In this document: positions 36,865-51,045 of the stretch, one piece after another | Numbering within the stretch: position 1 is the first letter of the stretch | Layout of the letters: each line of letters begins with the position of its first letter | Assembly: GCF_036321535.1 (NCBI RefSeq) | Contig: NC_087436.1 | Location: 43,588,001-43,652,000 of the forward strand | Source of the DNA: Camelus dromedarius | Taxonomy: Eukaryota | Direction: 5' to 3' | Length of the DNA: 64,000 nt | The notes under the pieces: generated by a model | Seen by the model: only the letters and a program-made list of their open reading frames with translations | The model's database searches: none | Told to the model about the DNA's origin: nothing | Position numbers and translations under genes: made by a program

Positions 36865-38242
36865 GCCAAATGGTAAGAGCCATGCTGGCCATTGATTAGA
36901 TCCTGGTTTGGGAAAGTTTGCTAAAAACAACAAAGACACCCTTTGGGGACAACTGAGGAAACTGAATGTGTACAGACTATTAGAAGATATCAGGGAATTT
37001 TTATTAATTTTTCAGATGTGATAATAGTATTATGTGTAGTTAGGAAAATATCCTTTTCTTAGAGATACCTACTATGGAATGTAAGGGTAAAACAATATGA
37101 CTATAATTTATTTCCATATGCTTTAAAAAGAAAAAAAAATATAGCAAAATGTTAATGATTAGTAAACCTATGTAGGAATGTATGGGTATTTGCCATACTA
37201 TTCACCCTATTTATTTTTATATGTGATAGGTTGTACAGTAAAACATAATAACACAGAAAAATTCTTCCCAAGTCCAGGAGTTTTCTAAATATTTACCTCC
37301 AATTTTTCTAATTTTTATGGCTTGATTTTTTTAATCACATAACAATTTAAATTACCTGGATTTTTTTTTTTTTTGAGTATTTTGTCTTTCCCCATTATGA
37401 AACCAATTATCCTTTAAAATTATTAAATAATCCATCTATTTCTCCTCACTTATTATACTTTTGTCTCTTATTAAATTATTGATATATCAAAGTCTATTTC
37501 TGAGATAACTATTCCATTGATTTGCCTATACCAGTGCCATTTTAATTTAATCACTATAGCTTTATATAATAATGAAACAACCTTCTCTTTTCGATTAAAG
37601 CCATTTTTGCCCCTTTGTTTTTCTTGTTATTGTTGTTATATTCACTAGTTTGATTTATTTTTTAGATTCTACATATAAGTGATATCATACAGTATTTGTC
37701 TTTTTCTGTCCATTTGTTTTTTTCAGGTAATTTTTGAAATTTGCCCCCAACTTTAGAGAAAAAAAAATCCCATTTTCATTTGTTTGTTTTCTATTAGAGT
37801 TTGATTAAAATTGAATAGGAAAGAACTATCATCTCTACATTACTGACAATTAATACTTAATCTCACTCAAATTTTAAGAGCTCTAGTATTTTAGTTCTTC
37901 CTAATATTGAGTTATAAAATGCTTTCTTCAAATTCCTCAGCCCCACTGTTTTAGTTCTGTTCTCTGGAGTGACATAAAATTTGTGTACCCTTTCTTCCAC
38001 ATAATTGAAGAAAGCAATTAAGTTCCCAGTTTACTCAGCCATTTTCTGTTTGACATAATTTTTCACTCTCTTCATTGTCCTGCTTACCTACTTCCAAATA
38101 TGCTCCATTTTGTCAGTGTTTCCTCTTGAAATGTGGAACCCAGATCTAAGAACTCAAGACTTCAAATATATCTGGTCTAAGAAGCACAAAGAAGTGGTAA
38201 TCTTATCCTGAAAATCAGCTGTTATTAATGCAGTCTAGATTC

Positions 38243-38395
38243 TTTTTTAATTTTTAAAAAATTTTTACTATTTTTTAAAAATTAAAAAAAATTTTTTTTA
38301 CTATTTTTTCCCTTAACGGAAACACTGGGGATTGAACCCAGTCCCCATGCATGCCAAGCACTTGCTCTTCCACTGAGCTACAACCTCCAACCCCC
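38243..38395 (-). mobile_element. vic-1-like SINE
   Basis: ctggggattgaaccca...ccactgagctaca; TSD aatgcag(t/c)ctagatt. Confidence 0.88.
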
Positions 38396-39687
38396 AATGC
38401 AGCCTAGATTTGTATCCACTTTTCTTGGCAATCCTCTGCACTATCGGCTCATAATGAGCTTGCAGTTAACTAAAGTCACAAGACCTTTTCCACTGAATTG
38501 TTCTTAAAATAGATCTACATCTTCTTGAATATAAGCAGATGAATGCTGAATCTATTTGTACATATATGGTTACATGTACCCTTGTGAAATTTGAAAGGAA
38601 TTAAAACATAGTCATCTGTAAATTTAATTAACATGTCTTTCTTTAGCCTCATCCACGAAGTCTGAAAAAGAGTAAAGAATCAAGTCCAATGACAAAATAA
38701 CAAAATGCTTCTTTCTGGGGGATTGCCCAAGGCCAAGTTGAAACATTGGATCTTCAGCATTTCCTTACCAATTAAGAGACCTATGAATAAAAGGAGCAAG
38801 ATTAGTTTGATCTCATCCACTCTTTGTAAACCCACCCTGATTTCTAGTGATTATTGCTCCCCAATCTGAATCCTCACACACTTCCTATTTTAAAATTCAT
38901 TTTAAATTTTCTGAGGACCAATGTCAAACCCAATTGTACAGCAAAATCCAAAGTTTAACCTCTTTCTAAAAATATGAATAAAAATCACCCATCACACAGA
39001 ATCTCTGCCATTCTCCAGCTCTCCTCAAAGAACAGTGACTGTAAATTGCATTTGCACATTTTTCATTGCTGTGGTATATCATTCCAGTAAGAGCAGTGAA
39101 CTTGTTTTGGTGCCTGCATGTGTTTCTGTGAAGATGTTTGCATACACATTTGTCTCCTCAACCAGACTGTAAGTTACTTAAATAACACTGAGTCATATTC
39201 AGTTCAGTTCAACCTACAGTTAATGAGTGTCAGGTATTTTAACAGCAATTGTGATTGGAGAGAGAGCGACAATAGAAAAGACAACAGAAACAGAGGTGCA
39301 GAACAGCATAGTGTTTTGCAGGGACTAGAAACAGGTCTGTACTGCTGGACTGAGAATTATGGAGTAGCAGGAAATAAGGATGGAAAGTGCTTAAAAGGGA
39401 CCTCAATCAGAGAGGGCCTTGGAAACCATGCTAAGAAACTTCAGGCCACCCAAGAGCCAGGTTCCCCTACAGACTCATTTTGTTTGCCCCACACAATCTT
39501 AAAAACAAAGATACAAAAATCCACAGACCTATCTACTTTGTCACAGTCCCTACATCCTTGTGATCTTAGACTGCAACCAGAATATTAGCTCTTGGAGCAC
39601 TGGGCTAGTGTCTGGATCCTTTCTAATGGTCTCCTTAGTGCCTAGGTCAGTGCCTAGAGCTTACAAAGCATCAGAAAAATATGTTGG

Positions 39688-40980
39688 TCATCTCAACTGA
39701 TGAAGAAAAAGCATTTGACAGAATTCAACATCCTTTCATAATAGAACTCTCAACAAATTAGGTGTAGAACCTCAACACAGGAAAAGGTTAAATATGACAG
39801 TCCACATCTAACATCATATTCAACTGTGAAAAGCTGAAAACATTTCCTCTAAGATCAGGAAAAAGACAAGGATGTCCACTTTTGACAGGTCTATTCAACA
39901 TAGCACTAGAAATTTTAGCCACATTAACAAGGCAACAAAAGGAAATAAAAAGCATCCAAACAGAAAAGGAAGAAGTAACATTGTCTCTGTTTACAGATGA
40001 CATACTCTTATACACAGAAAACCCTAAAGACACCTCAAAAAAAAAAAAAACTATTGGAATTAACAAACATACTCAGTAAAGTTGCAGGATACAAAATTAA
40101 TGTACAAAAATCAGTTGTGTTTCTATACATTTACAACAAACTATCAGAGAAAATTTTTTAAATCTCACTTACAATAGCATCAAAAAGAATAAAATACTTA
40201 GGAATAAATTTAACCAAGGAGATAAAAGACTTGTACACTGAAAACTGTAACACATTACAGAAAGAAATTGAAGACGACACTAATAAATGGAAAGATACTC
40301 CATGCTCACAAATTAGAAAAACTAATACTGTTAAAATGTTCATAATACCCAAAGCAATCTACAGATTCAATGCAATTTCTATAAAATTCCAATAGCAATT
40401 TTCATAGAAATAGAAAAAAACTACAATTCAAATGGAACCATAAAAGACACTAAGTACCCAAAAACTCCTGAGAAAGAGGAATAAAGCTGAAGGCATCATG
40501 CTCCCTGATTTCAAACTATATTATGTAAGTACAGTATTCAAAACAGAATGGTACTGGCAGAAAACAGACACATAAACCAATGGAACAGAATAGAGAGCCC
40601 AGAAATAAACCCATGCACATATAGTCAACTAACCTATGACAAGGGTGCCAAGAATACAGAATAGGTAAAGGATAATCTTTTCAAAAAATAATGTTGGGAA
40701 AATAGGACAGCCACATGTAAAAAAAAAAATGAAATTGGACCCTTATCTTATACCATACTTAAAAATTAACCTGAAATGGATTAAATACCTAAATGGAAGA
40801 CCTGGAACTGTAAAACTCCTAGAAGAAAACATAGGAAAACAACCTTCTGGCAACAATTTTTTGGATAGGATACCAAAAGCACAGGTAACAGAAGCAATAA
40901 CAAACAAGTGGTACTATATCAAATGTTGTAAAGCAAAGAAAACAAACAACAAAATGTAAAAGTGACCAATGGAGTGAGAG
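39688..40980 (+). mobile_element. Old L1 ORF2 (RT region), degraded, 3' end missing
   Basis: Peptides [10 protein letters not shown]...[32 protein letters not shown] and MKLDPYLIPYLKINLKWIKYLN. Confidence 0.92.
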
Positions 40981-40984
40981 ATAC

Positions 40985-41419
40985 TTATTTTCTCCGATTT
41001 CTGGAGTTGAAACATGAGATGTTTCATGAGGTCAAAATCAAGGTGTCAGCAGGGCTGCATTCCCTCCCACGGCTCCAGGGAGAATCTGTCCCTTACCCCT
41101 TAGTTTCTAGTGGCTGTCAGCATCCCTTGACTTGTAGCCACATCACTCCAATCTTCAAAGCCAGTATCTTCAAATCTCTGTCTTCTCCAGCTTTACATTG
41201 CATTCTCTTCTGTCTGTGTGTCAATCTCTCTCTGCCTATCTCTTATAAGGACACTTGTAATGGCATTTAGGGTCTATCTGTGTAACCCAGTATATTGTTC
41301 CCATCTCAAGATCTTTAACTTAATCACATTTGCAAGGATCCCTTTTCTATAAGGTAACATGTAATGGTTCCAGGAATTAGGACCAGATACCTTTGGGGGT
41401 CATTATTTAACCCACCACA
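40985..41419 (-). mobile_element. MaLR LTR (MLT1-like), joined directly to the truncated L1
   Basis: aaatcaaggtgtcagcagggctgcattcc...cttataaggacacttgtaatggcatttaggg...ttaatcacatttgcaa...cccaccaca. Confidence 0.85.
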
Positions 41420-42079
41420 GGTACCAAGATAGGCGTGGATCAGGGAATACTGAATAAACGGAGAAGGAGCTAACAGCTCAACTTAAAAGGAGATGGACGA
41501 AGAAGCAGATGTCACAAAAGGTTTCCTAATTCGGTGATGCCACAGAATGTAAATTACTAAGGCAGGAGTGATAATAACAACCAGTAATCAAACCAACCAG
41601 AACAGACATTAGCTATAAATAACCACGACAGCCTAACAGGGAGTACTGGTTGAGTCTTGCTAACATGTATAATGTTGGAGGTTTGCTACAGGAGGATAAA
41701 TAAGAAGTAACAACTGAATCACAAAAATTCCTTTACACATGGTTCCTAATATACCACTTAGGGAGGCAAAAAGACTTCCCCATGTAGTTTGTGCAGTATC
41801 CCCAAACCTCCTAACTCACTTCCAGCCATTTTTTTTCTTTCAATGTCTTCTACATTGCCCTTCAAAACTTCCCCACCCCTTCAGTTATTTTTTATCCATC
41901 CAACGTACTCAGAATGTTTACTCGGTAATTTTCAAATAATTATTTTTTCATAAAAATAAAATGCTTTGTGTAAAAAAGTTCTAGCAATATAAAGTGACAT
42001 AAAGTAATATTCCCCTCTCCTCCAGCTAATCTCACTTCCCAAAGATAAGCACATCAACCAATATATCAAGACCTTATCA

Positions 42080-42250
42080 AGGGGAGGGTACAGCTCAGTG
42101 GTAGAGTGTGTGCTTAGTTAGCATGCATAAGGTCCTGGGTCAACCCCTGGTACCTACATTTAAAAAATAAATAAACCTAATTACCTACCCCCCAAAACAA
42201 AAAAAAGTAAAAATAAATAAAATTGTAAACTTTTAAAAAATTAATTCATA
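42080..42250 (+). mobile_element. vic-1-like SINE
   Basis: ggggagggtacagctcagtggtagag...; TSD aagac(c/t)ttatc. Confidence 0.9.
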
Positions 42251-43787
42251 AAAAGACTTTATCTATGTATATATAACTATATATATACAAGGAAATTTGA
42301 AGGAGCAACTATTTCGCTGTTGGTAAAAAAATGATCATCAAAACAATGCCCATTATGCTCCCAAGAAGCAGCAAGTTATATGCTCTTTCTTCTTATACTC
42401 TTTGGATCCAATCCCACAGGAAATATCTCTAATTCGTAAATTATTTATTCTACAGAGGCATCCTAAAAGAAGATTTGCAGTAAGAGCAACAATTAAAACA
42501 TCAACAACAATAATTTCTCCTAACCCCTAAACTTTTACCCTAAAAGCCTCCTTGGTTGTTGCACAGGCGCCTCAAATACAAATTACCTTAAATTGAATTT
42601 ACTATCTTCCTTAGGAAACCTGATACTCTTACTGTTTTCCATCTCACTCAGTGGCCAAGCCAGAAACCAGGGGGAGTCACCCTTTTCCCCCCACATCACA
42701 TATCCAAAAAGTCACCAAAGTCTGGAAGAAGGATTGTAATATCCTAGATTAGCGCCTGCTTATCTCTCTGGCTTCATCTCACACCCTCACAATCTGGTCT
42801 CAAACCCGGATTACATTTTTTTTTCATTTCTTAGGAACGTATGCTTACCCAGGCTGGGCCTTTGTATGTGCTGTTTCTTCTAAAAAAGTTTTCCCTTTCC
42901 GTGCTTAGCTAACTCCTAGTCAATCGATAGATCTTAATTTAGTTATCAGTTTCCCCAGGGAGTCTCCCCACTCATTCTTCTCATCTGAGTTAGGGGTCTC
43001 TTTTCTGTGCTACCTCAGCATCCTGTGCTTTCTGTCATTTATGAATAGCAGCAATTATAACTGGCTATTCACTTGTCTTTCACCACTAGACCACAGGATC
43101 AGTTCATCTTTGTATTCTCAGGACATAGCATAGTACTTGGGATGTAGCAGGAGCTCCAAAAATACTTGTTACATAAGTGAAATTAAATAGGTAGAAAGAG
43201 TAGTGCAGATCCCAGTAGCAAGGCACTGTACATTTATGTTCAAGGAGGCAGTTCAGTGTGTGGCTTCAGTATAATAAACAAAATGGCAGCATCAATGTTT
43301 GCAGCATTTTGTTGACTTGGGCATAAAACAAATCCCACCCCCCCCCAAAAAATAAGCCCAATTCTCCTCTCTACAGGAAGAAAATCAGACTATTCCTCCT
43401 CATCCTTCTGAATGTATACGGAAGGCAGAAGCAGTAATGTACAAGTCAAGTCAACTGACTCCTTTAGTGTCCTGCGTGTCTCTGCAATTACCATGGTCCA
43501 GTGAATATTCCTCCACTTTGTAGGTTCAGAAGATCAATTCTTATTACTTCACTCAAAAGTGGAAAGTCGCTGAGGCAGACTTTCACAACAGGGGTTCTTC
43601 ATCTAAGTACAGAATACTGAAAATTATATGAGAGATTACTTCTCAATTCTCCCAAGAATGGCAAATAACTACTACCATTCTAGATGCAAAGAGAAGTTAA
43701 TTCATTACATACAATGGATGCCTTACAGCCATCAGGGCTTATTTTACTCCCAGAACTCCTGAGTCCTTGAATCCCATGAAGTAAACT

Positions 43788-43870
43788 ATATCTGTCTGTC
43801 TATCTATCTATCTATCTATCTATCCAGTTTATACATATATATGTATACATGTATGTATGTATGTATGATA
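43788..43870. repeat. (TCTG/TCTA)n and (TATG)n tetranucleotide repeats
   Basis: Direct read. Confidence 0.9.
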
Positions 43871-44341
43871 TATACTAATTCACAAAAGAAAATACACGTG
43901 TCACCAAAACAAAATACAGTATCATTACTAATCATTATTTGCCTTGAAAAATACAGACCCTAGAACCAAAAGGGTTAGATGTGTTTAAGGATATTTTAAT
44001 TAAGCTGCCATATCTTGGTTCAGCTTTTCTTCCTACAGGTAACAGATTGTGAGGTCTTTGTGAGAAGGAACTACATTTGTTCTGGTTTCACTTTTTATTG
44101 AAATTTGAACTCCTAACAATTAACATAGTGCTTGTCACACACTCCATTTCATGAATGGATAGATGAATAAGTTGTATTGTAATACTTCCAGGGTTATTTT
44201 CTATTAGTATTTCATTTCATTTATGAAGTATGGGTTCTCATTCATTCATTTAACAAGTACCTACTATGAGCATGGAGCCTAGGCTAGGAAATGAAACAGG
44301 TTATGCGTGGTACATCATAATTCATGTTCTTTAAGATTAAC

Positions 44342-45050
44342 CTACCACTTCACACCCATTTGGATGACATTATTAAAAAAAAAAAACAGAAACTAACAAG
44401 TGTTGGCAAGGATGTGTACACTGCTATTGGTAATGTAAAATGATGCAGTCACTATGGAAAAGTTCAGCAATTCCTAAAAAAATTATAATGTAATTACCAT
44501 TTGATCCAGCAATTTAACTTCTTGGTATTCACTCAAAAGACCTGAAAGCAGAGACTTGAACAGATATTTATACACCAATGTCTGTAAAAGCATTGTTCAC
44601 ACTAGCAAAGAGGTGGAAGCAACCCAAGTATCCATTGATGAATGAATAGCTAAATAAAATATAGTATATACATACAATGGAATATTATTCAGCCACAAAA
44701 AGGAAGGAAATTCTGATAAATGCTACAATACAGATGACCCCCAAAGTCATTATGGTAAGCAAAATAAGCCAGTCACAAAAGTACAAATACTGTATGATTC
44801 CACTCATGAGGTATCTAGAGTAGTCAAATTTATAAAGACATAAAGCAGAATGGTGGTGGCCAGGGGCTGGAGGGGGGAAGTTATTGTTTAATGGGTATAG
44901 AGTTTTCATTTCATAAGAATAAAGAAGTTCCAGAAGTGGATGGTGATGATTGCACAACAATGTAAAAGTATTTAATGTCACCAAACTGTACTCTTACTTA
45001 AAAATGGTTAAAATAGTAAAGTTTATGGTATATGCATTTTACCACAATTT
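44342..45050 (+). mobile_element. Old L1 (L1MB-like) 3' end
   Basis: taccacttcacaccc...aagtgttggcaaggatgtg...tggaagcaacccaag...aaaatggttaaaat...ttttaccacaa. Confidence 0.88.
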
Positions 45051-48000
45051 TAAAGATTAATCCAGTTGTCCTTTCTGATCCTGTCCTTGGATCTTGACAT
45101 CTATCTTACTTTAGCATCTGTGGTTCTTGTTCATCTTTCATAGAGAAAAATAGTAACCCACCCTACCTGAGCACTGGGACTCTATAAGCAAAGGACCAAT
45201 CTTGAATCACTTCACCCTGGAATGCAGGACTCACTGTCATCATGTCAAGTCTCTGAGTAATAGAGCCAGAGATGAGGCTTCTGGGAATTGGAAATTAATT
45301 GGATTTGCACTGTTTACAGTTAGTGCAGGGGTTAGGCTGAGAGCACAGTGGAGAACGGTAATTTCAGTCCCCCTCCTACACATATTGGAAGGCAATGTCT
45401 ACAGATAAGATGGCTTCTGTAATAGCCCAATGCTGTCTGTCCCCACTTCAGTTATTCTGCAGTTTAGTCTCTAAGAGAATCTAAAGAAAGTAGAGTTGGA
45501 TTTGTAGGGAGACAGGGAGGGAATTAAGACATGCAACATGTACCAGATGCTGCTGTTGGGGCTTGACATTCATTATTTCATTTGATTCTCAAAGCAAACA
45601 TATTATTATTATCCTCATTTCATAGATGGCCAAATTAAGGCTTAGTATTAAGCAATTAGTATTTCCCAGTCATACTGTTTGCAAGTCCTAGGACTAGAAT
45701 TCAAACCTAATTATTTTCTGACTCTATAGCCCAGGCTCATTTTATTGTTTTGTCTCACAGTTGCCTATAGAGTCAATTTCTGTCACTGGTTCTTCCTTGC
45801 AAAGAACTGTGCTACCCTGATATCAAAAATCTATACCCAAATTCTCATGTTGGCAGGCAAATAAGGCTACTGGCAGCAAGTTCACTATTTTGATGAATGC
45901 ACTTAAGAACTGATTCCCAGCTAGAATAATTAGAGGCAACAGAAGAAAGTGCCTCTTACCTCTGCATTCAGCACCTCCCTTGGCTCAAAGGGAAAACAGC
46001 TAACAACTCATACTGTGAAAGAAATTAAACCTGATCGCTTAGTATTAACTCAGGCTTGGATACTGTACTCCCCTACAAGCACTCTAGAACTTATAGACTC
46101 AATTATAGTTAAATTGAATTTTGAGGAGTATTTTTTATGGAATTGACTTATTTTATTATTGGCTAGGAATAGGCAAAGCAGTAAACTAATGAGATAACCA
46201 TATACTCTGCCTTTATTATTTAATCAATTGAATTTCCTCCAACAAATGACCTGATTCCTCTTCCAGACAAGAGACTTGTCTATCAAAATACTGTATTAAA
46301 TACATCAAATTCTTATAAATGAAACCTTAATACACAGCAATTGATTTCATAAGACATCTAAGTTAGAAATCTATGCAAATAAACTCTTAACTGCATGAAA
46401 ATTTTTCCAATGGATTTTCATGACCTTTTATGGCTTGTCTTAAAATGAAATCTACTTTTGTAATAGAAGCACTTCAGAGCTCTCTTGCATTGTTAAATAT
46501 ATCTTCAAGTACATTGGGTTGGGGTGGGAAATTAACAATTAGTTACTCTAATAAACCCTACAAATGAAAAGTGATAAAATGTGGTGGGGTTGGAGGCGGG
46601 AGGAGCTGCTAGTTACTCAACAGAGGAAATCACCTCATTTCTATCTGAGCTTTAAGTTTTCTCATCTATGAAAGATAGAAATGAACAAAATCATCTCTAA
46701 GAATATTTCAGTCTTTAAGTTTCTATGATTTGGTTATTCAGCAATGTGATAAACCACAATATAAAATAGTTCCTATTTAATTTTTAGTAATGCATGATGA
46801 GATAAAATTCTTAACAAAGGGTCTTCAGGGTAAATAATATGATAAAACTACTTGTCTTATAACTACTTTTCTAAGTTATTATTGTATAACTAATATGCAA
46901 GTATATACTAGTATAATTAAATTCTTTAAACAAAATGTAAATAATCTTCTAGCCTTTCATATCAATAGTCTCGATATGAACAATCTTAACAGCTTAACTT
47001 TTGGCTCAGTTGTGACTTGTTTTAATTTCTTGATAAAATAATTTAATAAATGACGTCAAAAGATAAAAACTTAATTTGAAGATTTTCTTATATTTTTAAT
47101 ACTTTAAGGTTCTTAACTGTAAAAACTGTAGTTCTTTTAAAAGTAAGCCATATTGTTGTGGTTTTCTTTTATAAATCTGGATCAAAGGGATGATGAGTCC
47201 ATGATATCCAAAAAAATTCTAGTTTTGAGGTAACAGATGGTAAGTTTAAAAATAATGCACTCTTTTCCAAGCATTCTATAATAAGCAAGTATCAAATTTA
47301 TAATAAAGCAAAAACAAAAGAATAGCATACCATTCAAATAAAATGTACATCCTCCTTTATATCAGGACAAAACTTTTCTATTTCTCTCCTTCCTTTTTGG
47401 CCCTTCATTTCTCCATGTTTCTAAAAACTAGCAAATCAACTAAACAAGGAAGTAGAAAATTATATAATGTGTAACATCTATATGTTTCTTGCATATCTTG
47501 TAGTGGACCAAATTTTTTTCTGCAGCAGTTAGCATTAAGTATAAATTTTTGTGAGGCCCAAAGTAAATACCAACCATCTAAGATGATGAACATCCTCTAA
47601 GTAACCATTAGTAACTATCAGTAACCATCAACAACACTGAACAATGTAGACTACCATCTATTTTTCATGCTAAAAGGATTCAAATTCCATTGCAGTACAA
47701 CCTGTATGTAAGAATGTTTTCAAGTCATTCAATTGTTTAGTTGTTATTAGGTCCAAATCTGATATCCTAACTGATGCAAAATTTACCTCATTGCCTACTG
47801 GAAAACAAACTATGTTATTATGTGTTAAAGAATAAGATGAAATGCAGCTTATGTTCTCAAAAAGTAGTTGTCAACCTTCATTAATTACACAATATATTTA
47901 TAATGTAATTATGAATTTGGTCTTTAAAGAACCAGCTACATGACAAATATATATGTATTTCTTTTATTTTTATTATTTATGAAGATTAAGGTATGGGAAA

Positions 48001-48394
48001 TTCTATCTAGGTAGATTCTAACATTTTCAATTCTCATATCTAATCAAGGATAGGCAGCTCTAGAGGTAGGAGATTTTCTTTATTTCCACCTTGATTTTCT
48101 AACACCTATAATTTTGGTTCCTAAGAAGTTCCCAGAATAAAATCAAACTTTTTTTCAAACGTGTGCTGCAATATATGCCTGCCTCCAAAAACCTACAGCC
48201 TTAAATTGTTCCTTCAGATTTTAAAAAACTGAGATCATATGGTCAAGCCTCTCCTAGTTTGAGGATCCCTCTAAAACTTTCCTGATAGATGGCAACTAGA
48301 TTCTGTTTAAACTGTCCAACACAGGATTTTCCCATTTTGTTTGTGTCCTCCCAAAATTCATATGCCAAAGCCCTAGCCCCACTGTGGCTGTATT

Positions 48395-50170
48395 GATTTT
48401 ATACCTATTTGTCACAGACAACCAAAGCTATCAAAAAAATCTAGGGGCAGGGGAGGGTACAGTTCAGTGGTAGAATACATGCTTAGCATGCACAAGGTCC
48501 TGGGTTCAATCCCCAATACCTCTATTAATAAACAAACAAACAAACAAACCCAATTACTTCCTCCCACCAAAAATAGACCAAAGAAATCAAGGGGTGCATT
48601 GACAAAATAAGCAGATGCTCTCTAAATCTTTTCTTTTCTCATGAGCAAAAAAGATGTACATTCCCACTAAGATCAGGTATAAAGAAAGGACATCCCCTCT
48701 CACACTTCTTTGCAATCATACTGGAAGTCCTTGCTAATGCAGTAAGGCAAGAAAAGGAAATTTAGGTACACAGGCAGATTGGGAAGGAAGACATAAAATT
48801 GTCTTTGTCTGCAGATGACAGATCACTGATGTAGAAAGTCTGAAAGAATCAAACTAAAAACTCTTGAAGTTAATAAGTGATTATAACAAGGTTGCAGGAA
48901 AAATGTTAATACATAAATGTCAGCTGCTTTCTATGTACCAACAATGAACAAGTGGAATTTAAAGTTAAAAACACAGTAACATTTGCATTAGCACCAAAAA
49001 AATGAAATACTTAGGTATAAATCTAACAAAATGTGTACAAGATCTATGTGAGCAAAACTCTGATGAATGAAATCAAAGAACTAAATCAATGGAGAGATAG
49101 CACATCTTCATGGATAGGAGAACTCAATATTGTCAAGGTGTCAGTTTTTCCAAACTTGATCTATTGATTCAATGCAATCCCAATCAAGATCCCAGCAAGT
49201 TATCTTATAGATATTGACAAACTGATTCTAAAGTTTGTATACAGAGACAAAAGATCCAGAATAGCCAACACAATATTGAAGGAGAAGAAAAAAGCTGGAA
49301 GACTGATGCTACTCAACTTCAAGAATTACTATAAAGCTACAGTAGTCAAAACTGGGTAGTATTTGGTGAAAGAATAGACAGATCAGTGGAACAGAATAGA
49401 GAACCCAGAAATAGACCCAAATAAATATATTCAACTGATCTTTGACAAAGGAGCAAAGGCAATACAATGGAATAAAGATAAATTTCCAGGTGACCTTGAA
49501 TACAACACCACCAAAGGCATGATCCATCAAAGAAATAACTGATAAGCTAGATTTCATTAAAACTGAAACATCTGCTCTGCAAAAGACAACATGAAGAGAA
49601 TTAGAAGACAAGGCAGAGACTAGGGGGGGTGGGGAATGTTTGCAAAAGACACATCAGAAAAAGGATTGTTATCCAAAATATTCAAAGAACTCTTAAAACT
49701 CAATAATAAGAAAATGACCAGATTTTAAAAGTTCCAAGTTCCTTAACAGACATCTCACCAAAGAAGATATACAGATGGCAAATAAGCATAAGAAAAGATG
49801 TTCCACATCATATGTCATCAAAGGAATTCAAAGTAAAATAATGAGATTCCACAACACACCTATCAGGCTGGCCAACATCAAAGACTGGCAAGGATGTATA
49901 GCAAGAGCAACTCACATTCTTTTCTGACAGGATTTGTCCAACTCATAGAATTAGAATGTATAACACAGTGAACCCTAAAGTAAACTATGTACTTTAGGTG
50001 ATAATGATGTGTCAATGGAAGTTCATCCCTGGTAACAAATGTACCAGTCTGACGAGTGATGTTAATTATGGGGGAGGCTATACCTGTGTTGGGGCAGGGG
50101 GTCTATGGAAAACCTCTGTACCTTTCTCCCAATTTCACTGTGAACTTAAAACTGCTCTAAGAAGCAAAGC
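48395..50170 (+). mobile_element. Old L1 (L1MC/MD-like) ORF2 and 3' UTR with internal deletions and a nested SINE
   Basis: Degenerate ORF2 (ctggaagtccttgctaatgcagtaaggcaag, caactgatctttgacaaaggagc) and 3' UTR gtgaaccctaaagtaaactatg...tgtgaacttaaaactgctct. Confidence 0.88.
48445..48580 (+). mobile_element. vic-1-like SINE nested in old L1
   Basis: A and B boxes, (aaac)n tail, aaatc(t/a)agggg on both flanks. Confidence 0.88.
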
Positions 50171-50744
50171 TTTCTTTTTAAAAAGATATACATCTACATC
50201 CAAATCTCACATTGCCATATTTTTTTTTTTATACACAGTGAAGAATGGATTTTGCAAGCCAAAATATTTTGGTCAACATTGTAAAAAATTTATAGGCTAC
50301 CTCAAAATAAGATTGATTTTTCTTGTAGTTGAATTTAAATATTAAAGGCTTTATGGTTCCAATTGGTAATGCATGATAACTCGGTCTGCTTTATAAGGAT
50401 TTTTAAAGCATAAGAAGCAAGAAAGTTTAAAGAAATAAGATGTTAAAATTCTTTCTTATGTCTAGTACTACACTTGAAGAAAATGTTTAACCATAATTCT
50501 CTAATTGAAATATCTTCCTCGACTCTCTCTGAAATGAGGGCAGGGATACAAGCTGAAATCTTTTACAAAACATGCTTAATAGTCAGGGGAAAAAAAAAAG
50601 CAAGTATTCAGTTTCCCAAAATAATCTCAACTAAGAATCAACCTACAATGCAGGAACGTTGGCTACTAAGGATTGCTAACATGGGAATAACAGAAAAGCT
50701 TACAATTAAAAACAAAACAAACAAACAAAAAAAACACACCAAGT

Positions 50745-51045
50745 GACATAGAAACAAACTGTGGTTACCAGGCGGGAAAGGGTGAGGGAGGGATAGATTA
50801 GGAGTTTGGTATTAACAGATACACATTACTATATAGCAATAGATTGACAACAAAACAGATAAACAACAAGGACCTACTGTATAGTACAAGAAACTATATT
50901 AAATTTCTTGTAATGAGCTGTAATTGATAAGAATCTGCAAAATATATATTATATATATATATACATGTATGTATAACTGAATTGCTTTGCTGTACACTTA
51001 AACTAATGTTGCAAATCAGGATTACACTTCAATAAAAAATAAGAA
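50745..51045 (+). mobile_element. L1 3' end fragment
   Basis: gacatagaaacaaactgtggttacc...gacctactgtatag...acttcaataaaaaa. Confidence 0.82.

Larger units (their letters stand above)
35250..37250 (+). mobile_element. Ancient L1MC-like 3' region, split by an MLT1 LTR and a SINE
   Basis: ccattacccactaaaaagaatcaggg...gccagaaagcaagg and ttgatgagggaa...aaaatcaccgttttgcaac motifs. Confidence 0.65.

Noticed and set aside
47331..47420. Minus-strand exon-like segment (tttttag...ATG|gtatgc)
   Set aside because: The longest frame has a stop and there is no independent support. It could only be a UTR exon, which cannot be shown from sequence.
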